Assembly: GCA_038143065.1 (NCBI GenBank)
Contig: JAYQLI010000035.1
Coordinates: forward strand, 512,001-576,000
Length of the DNA: 64,000 nt
Direction: 5' to 3'
Source: Rhodospirillales bacterium
GTDB lineage: Bacteria; Pseudomonadota; Alphaproteobacteria; Bin95
Under the pieces are notes generated by a model. That model was not told the DNA's origin and searched no databases. It saw only the letters and a list, made by a program, of their open reading frames with translations. Position numbers and translations under genes: made by a program. Position 1 is the stretch's first letter. Every line of letters starts with the position of its first letter. This document shows, piece after piece, positions 10,947-22,582 of this stretch.

Positions 10947-12081
10947 TTTTAGCCTTTTGGAAGCGGGCGGATGAAAATTCTTCAAAGCCAATCGCCATTC
11001 GACCCTCCAAAATCCATTCGGGGATGCGCGAAGAATGTATAGCCGCCAGTGTTACGCCGGAGTGGTTTGTAACCATGAAGACACCTGGATGTGTTTTTGA
11101 CTCGTCGTAGATGGGGCACCCATCTGGAGGCATTATTCTAAGTGCTCCCAGCCCCTAACAATATTTACGTTTTTCAGTGCAGGTAAAATTTTAATGGCTC
11201 GGGCTGCAATGTCATTTGACACATCAACTGTATTTCTATCATCAAAATCCCACTTCCTCATGGCTGACGCCTAAGAGTATAGACCCTTCGTCTGTCTGCC
11301 TCATTGACTCAGTGGGCATTGGAAGAATTTTTCTAGGCGCTCTGTCACGAGTACCTGGCCTCGTTGAGGCCGTGTTGGGCAATGCAAGCCGCATTGTGCT
11401 GCAAGAGGCGGGATACCGTGCCCGCAAGCGATTACTACCTTCTCCGCGAAGACTGGAGCTTGCCCAGAGATCTGTATTTTATAAATATTTCCGGGGGAAC
11501 GGCTAATACCTTCAACACTGCTATTTATTTGATAGTACCCACCATGTTTTTGATATGCATGCAGCATGGCGCGAAGCAGTTTTAAGGGATTAACGTGCCC
11601 ATCATATTTGCAATAAGCGCCCGCTTGAACACTATCCCCAAATCTTACATCCTGGAATTAATTCTTCTATTGTTTTGCGATCAATCATTTCCGCTTCGTA
11701 TGGAAGGTTTCCGACCTGCGCTTTCATCTGATCGATTACATTTTGCGACGCGTTAAATTCTTCACGTGAAGTGCATAATGAGAGGCCACCACTCTGCTCG
11801 TGACCAATTTCCAATCCCTGTTTCTTCAGTAAGAATGCCGGCAAAGTCGAATAAATAGCAGCGGATTCTCGCGACCACTCCTGATATCTCTGTAGACCTA
11901 GGCCTTTTGTTTGGGTCCAAACTAACCCAAAATTTCCCCGGGCAGTGCGGAGGGCATTATCACCCTCATCTAAAATTATGACCTCTGCACGCTTGCAAGC
12001 TAGTCCAAGGCCGATAGCGGCACCGACCATTCCTCCACCAATTACTGCGACTTCTACGGTCTGCGTCATTAAACGTCTCAT
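10933..12081 (-). CDS. HcnC/OoxB-like D-amino-acid-oxidase family FAD oxidoreductase; split by about three indels
   Basis: VIGGGMVG, ARGNFGLVW, DGHVNPLKL (about 11580-11605), RPQRGQVLVTER, RQTDEGSILLG, MPPDGCPIY, HSGVTLA. Confidence 0.85.
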
Positions 12082-12225
12082 GGTTTAATACCATCGTAAC
12101 GATAGCCTCTTTGTCGCGCCTTAACTAGTTTAGTTTACATTGCGTCCATCTCTCATAACGCTTAGCTTCCGCAAGCAGAGAATCTAGGATCCACGTCCAA
12201 TTAACCTTGTAGGAAAGGTTGTTAA

Positions 12226-13429
<1,204 letters not shown>

Positions 13430-13556
13430 TGGGAGAGTCGAACAGTTTCTGACACTTGTGATGCTTAGACAACGTATTTTTAAATAAAAAATCCATTCCT
13501 TGAGTGTGTCTTTTTAAAGAAATAATATCAGAAAAAATATAAATATATTGATTAAA

Positions 13557-14300
13557 TTATAACGTCTTACCCCTTATGGTTCGAAAATATAGCCAATCGG
13601 GTAGGTGTGTGGCGATATAAAAGAGCAACGCAAAGCGTCTTGGAAATGAACTTCGAAATTTTCCACTACGCATTATTCTCATTGTTCGTTTAGCGGCATT
13701 TTTAGCTGACATAATGAAGGGCATGGGAAATTTGTTTTTGTCTGTAAGGCGAGATTTTATAAAACCTGGGTTTATGATTTGGATTGTAAATTTTTTAGGG
13801 TCCAAATCAGTCTTCAAGCATTCAGCTAAGTGAATTAATCCCGCTTTGCTGGAACTATATCCAATAGAGCCGGGCAAGCCGATCAAACCCGATAGTGATC
13901 CAATTAAAACTATATGACCGCCGTCATAAGTATCCATTTTTGGGATTACATGGCTAAGAGTTCTGAAGGCTCCCAAAAGATTGATATCTAACATTGCTTC
14001 GGCAACATTTGCCTGCCATGAGGAAGCGGACATAGGTTCATAAATGCCTGCCGAATATATAAAGCCGTCTAATTTTGGAATTTGCTGACAGGCTGAAGTG
14101 ACACTGTCTGCATTGCTAACATCTATGGGAATTACCGTGGTTGAACCAGGCAAGTCACTTGCAAGTTCATTTAAGCGCTCTGCATTCCTGGCCGATAAAA
14201 ATAGCTGAACCCCGGCAGACGAAAGTTCATGAGCCAATGCGCGGCCAAGACCTTCTGACGCCCCGATTAGCCAATATGTTTTACCACTTAATTCGATCAT
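13557..14300 (-). CDS. Short-chain dehydrogenase/reductase of the furan-fatty-acid-type cluster
   Basis: IGASEGLG, YSSSK catalytic motif, NPGFIKSRLTDKNKFPMPF. Confidence 0.88.
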   Translation of the reverse strand: MIELSGKTYWLIGASEGLGRALAHELSSAGVQLFLSARNAERLNELASDLPGSTTVIPIDVSNADSVTSACQQIPKLDGFIYSAGIYEPMSASSWQANVAEAMLDINLLGAFRTLSHVIPKMDTYDGGHIVLIGSLSGLIGLPGSIGYSSSKAGLIHLAECLKTDLDPKKFTIQIINPGFIKSRLTDKNKFPMPFIMSAKNAAKRTMRIMRSGKFRSSFPRRFALLFYIATHLPDWLYFRTIRGKTL

Positions 14301-14895
14301 TATTCAGCGGCTATTTGAACTGCGCTCGTCTGGTCGGTGCGCACAAATACTGCCATTAATTCTGCAACCTTAATGCCAAATTTTCTCATTTCAGATCTGT
14401 TTACGATGGAGCCATCTGGCATCACGTACAACCAATCATTAACATTTAATACATGTCCTCCAGCCCTTTCAGGAAGCTTTAAGGAATAAGACATTTGAAT
14501 TGCATCTCCTCCTAACTTCCCAATTCCAACACCGATCACATCATCAGCTGTAGCAGCAAATTTTTTCCCATTATCGGTAATTTGGATGGCCCACTGTCTG
14601 CGATCTACTGCTCCTGATGCGTAGGTAAAGCGTTCATTTAGTTCACCATTATCTCCATTAAACTTTCCTTCAATTTCAGCTGTAAACCTGGAAATTACGC
14701 GACCTGTATAATTATAGATTACACCGTGAGCCGTGAAATTTCCGTTAAGTACTTGCGCCAAGCTATCAGCGGTGATTGGTTCTCCCGCCGAGTAGTCCGA
14801 GATCCTCTGAGCACCAAACCCATAAAAGGAATTCCATGCAAAATATCCAAGGAAAGCTAGGGTAATCCCTGTAATTAGAGACCAAATGAACTCAC
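14300..14895 (-). CDS. DUF3833 family protein; start probably GTG near 14895 with a 1-bp loss
   Basis: L.ERF.YASG...RQW, ADDVIG, DWLY...G..VNRSEMRKFGIKVAEL; N-terminal hydrophobic segment continues in frame upstream of the track ORF; GGAGG RBS. Confidence 0.8.
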
Positions 14896-14908
14896 GACAG
14901 ACCTCCAG

Positions 14909-15458
14909 TCACTCATAATCTGTTAATCGAAAGAATGGACAATTTCTCGACCAAGTAATTGAGCAGTTGCATTGAAATTTGCTCTTATCTCCGAGCCAAA
15001 TCTCAAAAAAGTCTTTTTTCAATTTAGGGCGCTCAAGAGTGCAGCGATCTTTACCATTTTGAAAAAATTGAACTTCTGAGTCTGAAACTGGAAGTGCGGT
15101 AATCCTGTCTCCAGGGATAACATCATCAATGCAGGCTCTAAAGGCATCTCTAAATTCGTTTAGACCTGTTTTATCACTGCCTAAACGCGCCATCTCTTTT
15201 GCGGTAGTCTTTGCTAGGGATTTAGCTGAAAACTCACGGGTATATGTGAGGGTTAGTGCGAATGGCTGTGACCAATTAAATGTTTTTTTCTTTACTCCAA
15301 AGAGTGGCATCAAAAATACGCCAAAAAAGCAGTCTAACACTCGCACTGCCTACCATATTTTGTCCTGCGGCAAGGGATGCGAGTTCTGGTGGTGGGGCAG
15401 ACATAGCAAGCCCCGGCCAAAGGATTATCACGCTAAATAATATTCCAACTTTACGCAT
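14909..15458 (-). CDS. Chalcone-isomerase-like (fatty-acid-binding fold) exported protein; indels
   Basis: Signal peptide MRKVGILFSVIILWPGLAMS, GSASVRLLFWRIFDATLW, PFALTLTYTR, DVIPGDRI, FFEIWLG. Confidence 0.75.
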
Positions 15459-16661
15459 GAGAAAGCTCGATCTGGATGACGTCGGTGCGGCCAGATGAGA
15501 AAGTTGCTGCACAGATTGCTAAATAGTAGCGCCATACTCGGACGAACCGGTCGTCATAACCAAGGTCATGTATCTCTGATAATGAGGCTTCAAACTTGTC
15601 TAACCATAGCCGTAAGGTTTTTGCGTAGTCTTTACCAAAGCGGAATAAGCCGTCGACTTTAAGGCCAGCGTTTTCAGCCGAAACTCTCTTATTTTTGAGG
15701 AGATAACAACATGCCCCCTGGAAAAACATGCTGCCGTATAAAATCTGAGCGGCTACGATAAATAGGGAAATAGCTATCTTCTACTACAATTGCTTGAATT
15801 GCAGCTTTGCCATGATCTGCTAGACAATCTTTAATAGTCTTGAAATATCTTGGCCAATATTGCTCGCCAACTGCCTCGATCATTTCGATCGAGACGATAC
15901 TATCGAACTTTCCTTTGATATCGCGATAATCTTTAAGCTGAATGTCAGCTTCATTCTTAAGCCGTTGTGTTGCGTAATGATGTTGTCTTGGAGAGATGGT
16001 TATTGCTGTAAGATCACGACCTGCTTCGACAGCTAATTCTGCAAATCCGCCCCATCCACATCCTATTTCTAAAGTCTTTTTGCCCGCAGTGGCCGTTATA
16101 TCAAGTAACCGCTGGTATTTTCTTTTTTGAGCGGTGGCGAGATCATCAGAAGCATTTGAAAATAATGCACTGGAGTAGGTCATCGTTTCATCAAGCCAGA
16201 GACGATAAAAATCATCCCTACGTCGTAATGAGCGGTAATATTACGAACGCTTCCTTTGCGGTTATTTCTGCGGATTATTCTGTCAGAAACAATAAGGAAA
16301 AGCCTTTTGAGTGGATTAGCACTTAACTCAGCTTCAAACGCCGCAGCGTTATCAATCGTAAACCTTGCTAGAGCTTCAATATCTGGACTGTCCCATAATC
16401 CTTCGAGATAAGCTTCACCCCAACCTACGTCACCCTTGGAAACAAGAGCACTTATTGCTCCCCAATGTTTAATTGTTACTTCAGCACGAGGTTCCCCACT
16501 ACCAATTAATTGTGCCTTCCAGAGGGGTAGATAACTTGAAGAGAACCACGCTCGGAGCGCTCTCCAATCTTTACAAGGCGCCTGGCTAACGCCCTTAAAA
16601 CACTGGCTTCAGTGGAGTGGTCTTCAATTTTAAGTTGAGAGTAGAGATTGGAATGGGTCAT
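15451..16661 (-). CDS. Cyclopropane-fatty-acyl-phospholipid synthase family methyltransferase (UfaM/CfaS-like); three indels
   Basis: GLGEAY, NITAHYDVG.DFYRLWLDETMTYSSALF, LEIGCGWGG, IVSIEMIEAVG, FIRQHVFPGGML, DYAKTL, WRYYL. Confidence 0.9.
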
Positions 16662-17431
16662 GCGGTTATATCTTCCGAAGGAGGACTTGGACGTTTGCGA
16701 AAAGTTGCACCTTTGAGCACAAGCTTTAGCGCCTGCCAGTGTATTAAACCGCTTACACTTATTCCACCAAATGGCCTTTTTAAGGCCATGTAGAGAGCAT
16801 GTTTGATGGACATTTCTTTAAAATGACCAGAGAGGGTTGCCCTAAGTCCTCCATCTTCATGACGATGATCGATTACAATCGAAAAATAGTTTTCGTGAAG
16901 GTCAAAGCTAAAATTATAATTTCCAATGATTTGCTGAAATGGGGAGACATGAAATCGTTTTGGTAAACAAATCTGTACTCCACCTTCCAGCCTGTCGTCT
17001 CCCTCAGCCCTGCAGAAGTAAGAATGTCTATCACCATAGGTATTATTAACCTCTGCCAGAACAGCCAGAACCTCTCCTAACTTGTTAACAAAGAACCAAA
17101 AACTTACGGGATTGAATAAAAACCCGAACCGCCTTGGCTGGGTCAGAAGCCACAAACTGTCAATTTCATTTTTTACCAAACCTTGGTGTTGTGCTTGCTC
17201 TAATGCCCAATCGGACATTGAGCCATTACCGGTACCGTGGTCTTTATCTAAAATCCCAACTGGCGAATATTTATTCTTTGAAAAAGGGAAGGGGAGGTAT
17301 CCAGCATTAGGCCAAATGCGCACCAACACGAGGTCTATTGAGTACGAAAATCGATTGTCAGGAGCGTCCAGCCGGCCATGCCAGGTTTTGCCATCGAGCA
17401 CAGCCGCACCATTGTTTGGCCAATAAATCAT
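16658..17431 (-). CDS. DUF1365 family protein (UfaO-like)
   Basis: H.R....N.F.Y, LTQPR.FG..FNPVSFWF, AEVNNTYGDRHSY, KRFHVSPF, IHWQALKL. Confidence 0.88.
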   Translation of the reverse strand: MIYWPNNGAAVLDGKTWHGRLDAPDNRFSYSIDLVLVRIWPNAGYLPFPFSKNKYSPVGILDKDHGTGNGSMSDWALEQAQHQGLVKNEIDSLWLLTQPRRFGFLFNPVSFWFFVNKLGEVLAVLAEVNNTYGDRHSYFCRAEGDDRLEGGVQICLPKRFHVSPFQQIIGNYNFSFDLHENYFSIVIDHRHEDGGLRATLSGHFKEMSIKHALYMALKRPFGGISVSGLIHWQALKLVLKGATFRKRPSPPSEDITA

Positions 17432-18704
17432 GCGAAAGCCGAACTCAACGCTTTTAGCGGCAGTTATTCCGCTCAAAAGTCCATCCTCATGGAAACCATA
17501 CCTATGGTATGCACCTGCAAACCAAAGATTACCATCACCCTGTAATTTTTCTAATTTTGACTGCGCTTGAACTGCCCTGCCATCAAACTGAGGATGGGCA
17601 AATTTGGCCGTAGAATAAATATGAGAGCTCTGTATTGGCCGATTTGGATTTAGCGTTACAAAAATGTTTTCTGGGCAAGAAAGTCCTTGAAGATTATTCA
17701 TCCAGTATGTGACACCAATTTTTTCTGGATTTTCACCGAGACTTCCTACGTAATTCCAGCTCGACCAACAGCTTGATCGTTTAGGCATGAAGCTTGGATC
17801 ACTGTGCATTACTACTTCATTGGACGAATATCGAATACTACTGAGCGCAGATGATAGAGTCAGGGGAGCATCAGAAATCAGTTTTAAGGCTTGATCAGAG
17901 TGGCAGGCTAACACAACTACATCAAACTGCTCGGCAGGCATCCCAACTGGCTTAACTAGAGGAGCGTTTCCTCCCTTAACCATTTCAATTGGTTGAGCTT
18001 TTCGGATAGAAACACCTAGATTGAGAAGATAAGCCTCAAGCTGTTGCACATAGACCTGGCTACCACCTTCAACAGTGCGCCATTCAGGTTGTCCGGTTGC
18101 TGCCAGTAATCCATGGTTATGAAAAAATCTGCACATGGTAGCGGCGGGGAAATCTAAAATTTCTGATGGAGCAGCGCTCCATATCGCTCCAGCAAATGGC
18201 AAAAGGTAACGTTCTTCGAAAGTTCTACTCATTCCAATTTCTTTGAGGAATGCGCCCAAGCTTAAGTTTTCCTTATCCAAAGCGAGGTGAGCCTTTTTAT
18301 TAAACTTAAGAATATCGACGACCATTTTGTAAAAACTTGGTCGAAGCAAATTTTGCCGCTGACCCACAAGAGCGCTCAAACGGAGGCCATATTCAAATCG
18401 GCCGTTATCAAAACTCAGCAGAAACGACATATTTGATTTTTTTGTTGGAGTTCTAACTCGCTAAAAAGTGCTCTTAGATTTGATAGTTTCTATCGTTAAA
18501 TACGATGAACCCCATATCAGTTGGGATATCTCTGTTTGCACCCGCCATTACTGTATGCGCATGACCGCCAAGTTTATCACTGGCTTCAAAAACAGTTACA
18601 TTGTGGTCTAATACAAGAGCACGAGCTGCTCCTAATCCAGAAATGCCAGCGCCAACAATGGCGATATTACGTCGGCTTTTATTTATGAGAGGGTCAAAAG
18701 GCAT
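17428..18704 (-). CDS. FAD-dependent oxidoreductase, amine-oxidase family (UfaD-like fatty acid desaturase); indels
   Basis: IAIVGAGISGL, LGGHAHT, DMGFIVFNDRNY, FFHNHGLL, WSSWNY, TYWMNNLQ, GAYHRYGFHEDG. Confidence 0.88.
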
Positions 18705-18734
18705 CAGGACTCTCAGGGTCTAATTTTAGATCTA

Positions 18735-18760
18735 TACGTTGATTGTTATTATTTGGATTT
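18735..18760 (-). promoter_or_regulatory. Candidate ECF11 (RpoE-ChrR type) promoter for the ufa-like cluster
   Basis: Minus strand AAATCC-N16-CGTA about 30 nt upstream of the start at 18704, resembling TGATCC-N16-CGTA; these genes are RpoE targets in Rhodobacter. Confidence 0.55.
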
Positions 18761-18767
18761 ACTTTGT

Positions 18768-20294
18768 TTATTTTAAGTTATCGAGAAAATATTTGGCCTG
18801 AACAGAAATGTTTTTTCTTTGTTTTTCTGTAAAGCGCTTCAATGTTTTTGTATGGAAACGCCATTCTAGGGTTATCTTCTAAGACATCCTGGTTTCTAAC
18901 CATAAAATCCCAATACAGATAATTAAATGGGCAGGCGTTTGATCCTTCCCGTTTTTTGACATCATACCTGCATGATCTGCAGTAATCAGACATTCGATTT
19001 ATATAAGCGCCCGAAGCGGCATAAGGCTTTGAAGCGAGCAAGCCGCCGTCTGCGTATAGAGCCATTCCAATAGTGTTTGGATGCTCTACCCATTCAAAAG
19101 CATCAGCATAGACGGACAGGTACCACTCAGATGTTTCCGCAGGATCAATTCCAGCTAAAAGAGCGAAGTTACCGGTTACCATTAATCTTTGAATATGGTG
19201 TGCGTATGCATACTCGCTGGTTGCATTAATCGCGTCTGAAATGCAGCGCATATCGGTTTTTCCAGTCCAATACAGGTCTGGAAGTGGACGGTTTGCATTG
19301 AAGAAATTTGATTCCTTATAGCCCGGCATTCGATACCAATATATGCCTCGTATATATTCCCGCCATCCGAGAATTTGCCTTATAAATCCTTCGGCTGCAT
19401 TAATTGGAACACGACCACTATCATAAGCGGCTTCCGCTTTTAGCGCAGACCTCTTTTGGACTTAGAAGTCCGATATTAATGTAAGGTGCAAGTAGGCTGT
19501 GAAATAGAAAAGAGTTGTTTGCTTTCATAGCATCTTGGTAATCGCCGAAATTTTCCAAACATGCCTCAATAAAATGGTCTAATGCCGCTAGGAGCGTCTG
19601 TCCTTTGCACAGCCCAATTAAATTTTCTAAGCTGCCAAAATGCTGGCTAAAATATTCTTCTACCAGGGCTATGACATCTAAAACCTTTTCATTTGGGGGG
19701 AATTTAAGCCGATCGGGCAATTCAACAGTTTTAGGTAATGATTTACGATTAGATTGGTCAAAATTCCACTTGCCGCCCTTTGGGGAATTCCCATCCATTA
19801 AAATCCCTGTCTTTCGGCGCAATTCACGATAAAAGAACTCCCATTCGAAGAGATTTCCGATTTTTTGCCCACGCTTCAAAATCATTAATATCTGAAAAAA
19901 ACCTATCATCTTTTCGGATAACTACATCGGTAGGATGGTTTTTTGCCCAGTTACTTAATTGGTCAAAAAGCCGATATTCAGCAGGTGCAGTGATACAAAT
20001 CAAATCTGGGGAAAGATCTTCAATCGCTCTATCTAATTCACCAATTATTGAACCGGAGTTTTCGACATCGTCTAAATTCGTATAACGAACTTGGAACCCT
20101 TCGCTTTTGAGTTCCTCTGCGAAGTGGCGCATGGCTGATAATATAAATGCTATCTTCTGTTTGTGGTGTTTGACATATGTTGCTTCCTGCATAACTTCGG
20201 CCATCAAGATGACGTCAGTTCTACTATCAATCCCCTCAAGGGCACTGATATTTCTATTGAGTTGGTCTCCTAATATTAACCTAAGCGTTTTCAT
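18768..20294 (-). CDS. Fe-S bacterial cryptochrome/(6-4) photolyase (CryB/PhrB, CryPro clade); several indels
   Basis: LILGDQL, YVKHHKQKI..ILSAMRHFA, GGKWNFD, FGDYQDAM, GFIRQILGWREY, YAHHIQRLMV, KPYAASGAYINRMSDYC..C, ACPF; four Fe-S cysteines present. Confidence 0.92.
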
Positions 20295-20307
20295 AAAATT
20301 CTCGTCA

Positions 20308-21006
20308 TCACCATGGGATTGGTTTGCCGAGGTGGTCAAAGAATTGCCCAGGTCTTGAGTTGTAAGCTTACCCAGTACAGACAAAATCTGTTTTGATGCT
20401 ATCTCTGGGGTGCGAACATCCAGCCCATTTTTTGAAAAAGGCTTTGAAAGTTCAGTTGAAGTTGTACCAGGATGAATACTTACTAGGACGCTATCCACAT
20501 TAGTCCGACGCAGTTCTACAGCCATGGTTTTTATGATCTGGTTCAAAGCTGCTTTTGAAGCCCGATAGGAGTGCCACCCTCCAAGAGAATTGTCGCCAAT
20601 ACTTCCTACTCTTGCTGACAAGCAAGCGAATACAGATCCTTCGCCTTTGGGGGCGAGTGGTAAAAAATGTTTTAATAATAGTGCTGGGCCAATTGTGTTG
20701 ATAGCGAACGAATTGGACAGTGATGCCGCCGATAGGTCTTTCAACCTTTTTCTGGTCGCTGATCTAAACCATGCAAAAACCAGTGGCCACAATCAATAAT
20801 TTAATTTTTATGTCAGATGCAGCCAATTCTTGTGCCGCGTTCATAATTGAAACTTCGTTAAGTAGATCTATATTTGGCGAGCTTTTCCTGTCAATTGCGA
20901 CGACTTTGTCAAAACTTTTATCAAGGTTAAGCTGGTTACACAGGGCGGAGCCTATTCCACCTGAAGACCCGATTACTACAGCAGCTGATTTTTCTGAGTG
21001 TGTCAT
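20308..21006 (-). CDS. C-factor/CsgA-like short-chain dehydrogenase; two indels
   Basis: IGSSGGIG, SARVGSIGDNSLGGWHSYRASKAALNQ, IHPGT; corrected end GQFFDHLGKPIPW*. Confidence 0.88.
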
Positions 21007-21086
21007 GAAGAAGAACTTATGCCGACTGAATCGTAAACCAATCCGCTGCTCTGAATAATTACCAAGCCTGTTACAATTTGTAGACT

Positions 21087-21161
21087 TGGAGCGGGAGAAG
21101 GGATTCGAACCCTCGACCCTCACGTTGGCAACGTGATGCTCTACCCCTGAGCTACTCCCGC
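21087..21161 (-). tRNA. tRNA-Gly (GCC)
   Basis: GCGGGAGTAGCTCAGGGGTAGAGCATCACGTTGCCAACGTGAGGGTCGAGGGTTCGAATCCCTTCTCCCGCTCCA: cloverleaf, anticodon GCC, encoded CCA. Confidence 0.97.
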
Positions 21162-21197
21162 GTTACAGGTTTTCTGAGTGAAACACTGTATTTCCGG

Positions 21198-21226
21198 TTT
21201 ATGTACGAAGCGGTTAATGTGTGCAA
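21198..21226 (-). promoter_or_regulatory. Candidate sigma70 promoter of tRNA-Gly
   Basis: Minus strand TTGCAC-N17-CATAAA upstream of the tRNA. Confidence 0.5.
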
Positions 21227-21337
21227 GCTTAAATTTATGCGCCCGCGCTACTTTTTGGGGATTTAGTATATTTATCGGTGTAGCTGAGGCCTTTTTAAGA
21301 ATGAAATAAGATTTGTCTTGGAAACATTTAAACTCTT

Positions 21338-21940
21338 TTACCCAAGTCTGTATTCAAGGAATTCCAAGCGATCCTGCCCCCAAAAGATTTCTTCATCAGT
21401 TACGTAGCTTGGTATCCCAAAAACACCGCGATCAAGGGCTCGGTTAGTGTTGTCTTCAAACTCTTCAAGAACCCCATGGTCCTGGAGGCTGCATTAATTA
21501 CCACATCTCCAGGCAGCCCAACTGTTTCAATTATTTCAGACAAGGTATTCCAATCATTAATATCTTTGTCATCAACCCAACAAGCTTTTGGTATTTCATA
21601 AACCAAAGGTCCAGGGTCAGCGCCTAAGCGGTCTGCTGCTATAACTACACAAGCGGCCCGCTTCTGAGAGACTGGATAAAATGCAGGTTTCTCAGAGAGG
21701 CAATCGGTAACGCTCTGCCCAGCGGCGCATCTCCATTTTACCGTAGGTCCGGTGTAAATCTGACCTTTCTGGGGGATCTGCATTACCGATCAGCCTAAGC
21801 ATCATTTCTCTTAAATCTACGGGAAAATATCGGATTGTTGCGTTTGCTTGGTTTGCAATTGCTTCAAGACGTTTCTGCCCCAAGCAAACCCAGGGTGAGT
21901 TTAAACAAAAGTAAAAGTCAATTTTTCTATTTTCGATCAA
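21338..21940 (-). CDS. 2-hydroxychromene-2-carboxylate isomerase / GST-kappa (DsbA family), copy 2; indels
   Basis: IDFYFCLNSPW, MEMRRWA; shifted tail GVFGIPSYV...IFWGQDRLEFL. Confidence 0.82.
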
Positions 21941-22569
21941 ACCGGTCCCTCCACCTTGTATGGTTGAATGGTCCTTGAAAGGGCGCGCTCCACAAAGTCT
22001 AACCGATCTTGACCCCAGAAAGGTTCGTCATTGATGACGTATGTTGGAGCACCAAAAACCTGTTCGGTCATGGCCTCACCTGTTAAAGCTGCAGCAGCCT
22101 CTGAAATTGTTTCTGAGGTTGCCTGCTCGAGAAGTAATGGCCCATCAAATCCTGCTTCATTAGCAATTAGAACAAGAGTTTCTGGATTGCCGATATCTTT
22201 TTCTTCTCCCAAGCACGCCAGCATCACTGAATGAGCAAGTCGACCAGTTTCAAGACCCAGTTTTTCTGAAGCTATTCATAGCTTGTTACCAAGGTCTGGA
22301 TTTTTCGGATTGAATTTTGGGCGAAGGTTTAATTTGATCCCTCTAAAATCTCGCCAGCGCTGCAATTCAAATAGACGATATCTGCGCCGTTGTTCTGAAC
22401 GTTGAGGAAGAGGTAAACCACCTGATTGAGCAAATATGGGCCCAAAATCGACCGGTTTATAAGAAATTATCCAGTTATACTCTTTACACATGTTCACGAA
22501 TTTTTGGTGTCCTAGATAACTCCAGGGTGAGGTGACTGTGAAATAATAATCAACTGTATTGTTGGTCAC
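21937..22569 (-). CDS. 2-hydroxychromene-2-carboxylate isomerase / GST-kappa (DsbA family), copy 1; indel
   Basis: VDYYFTVTSPWSYLGH, RRYRLFELQRW, VFGAPTYVINDEPFWGQDRLDF. Confidence 0.88.
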
Positions 22570-22582
22570 TGGATATGTCTTT

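Noticed and set aside
9259-12081. Calling the cluster HCN synthase hcnABC
   Set aside because: Homologous to several amine and opine dehydrogenases; gene order and context do not support cyanogenesis specifically
16658-18430. Apparent 590-aa fusion of UfaD-like oxidoreductase and DUF1365
   Set aside because: Removing one base from the homopolymer near 17452 gives ...AKALSSAFA* with a classic ATGA overlap onto the DUF1365 start, so it is likely an indel artefact
19824-20792. Apparent SDR-photolyase fusion ORF
   Set aside because: A one-base correction near 20352 restores the usual SDR end GQFFDHLGKPIPW*; the photolyase has its own ATG at 20294
21338-22569. Selenoproteins among the DsbA-like proteins (also checked SelD and the CMD protein)
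   Set aside because: No in-frame TGA at catalytic positions; breaks are frameshifts
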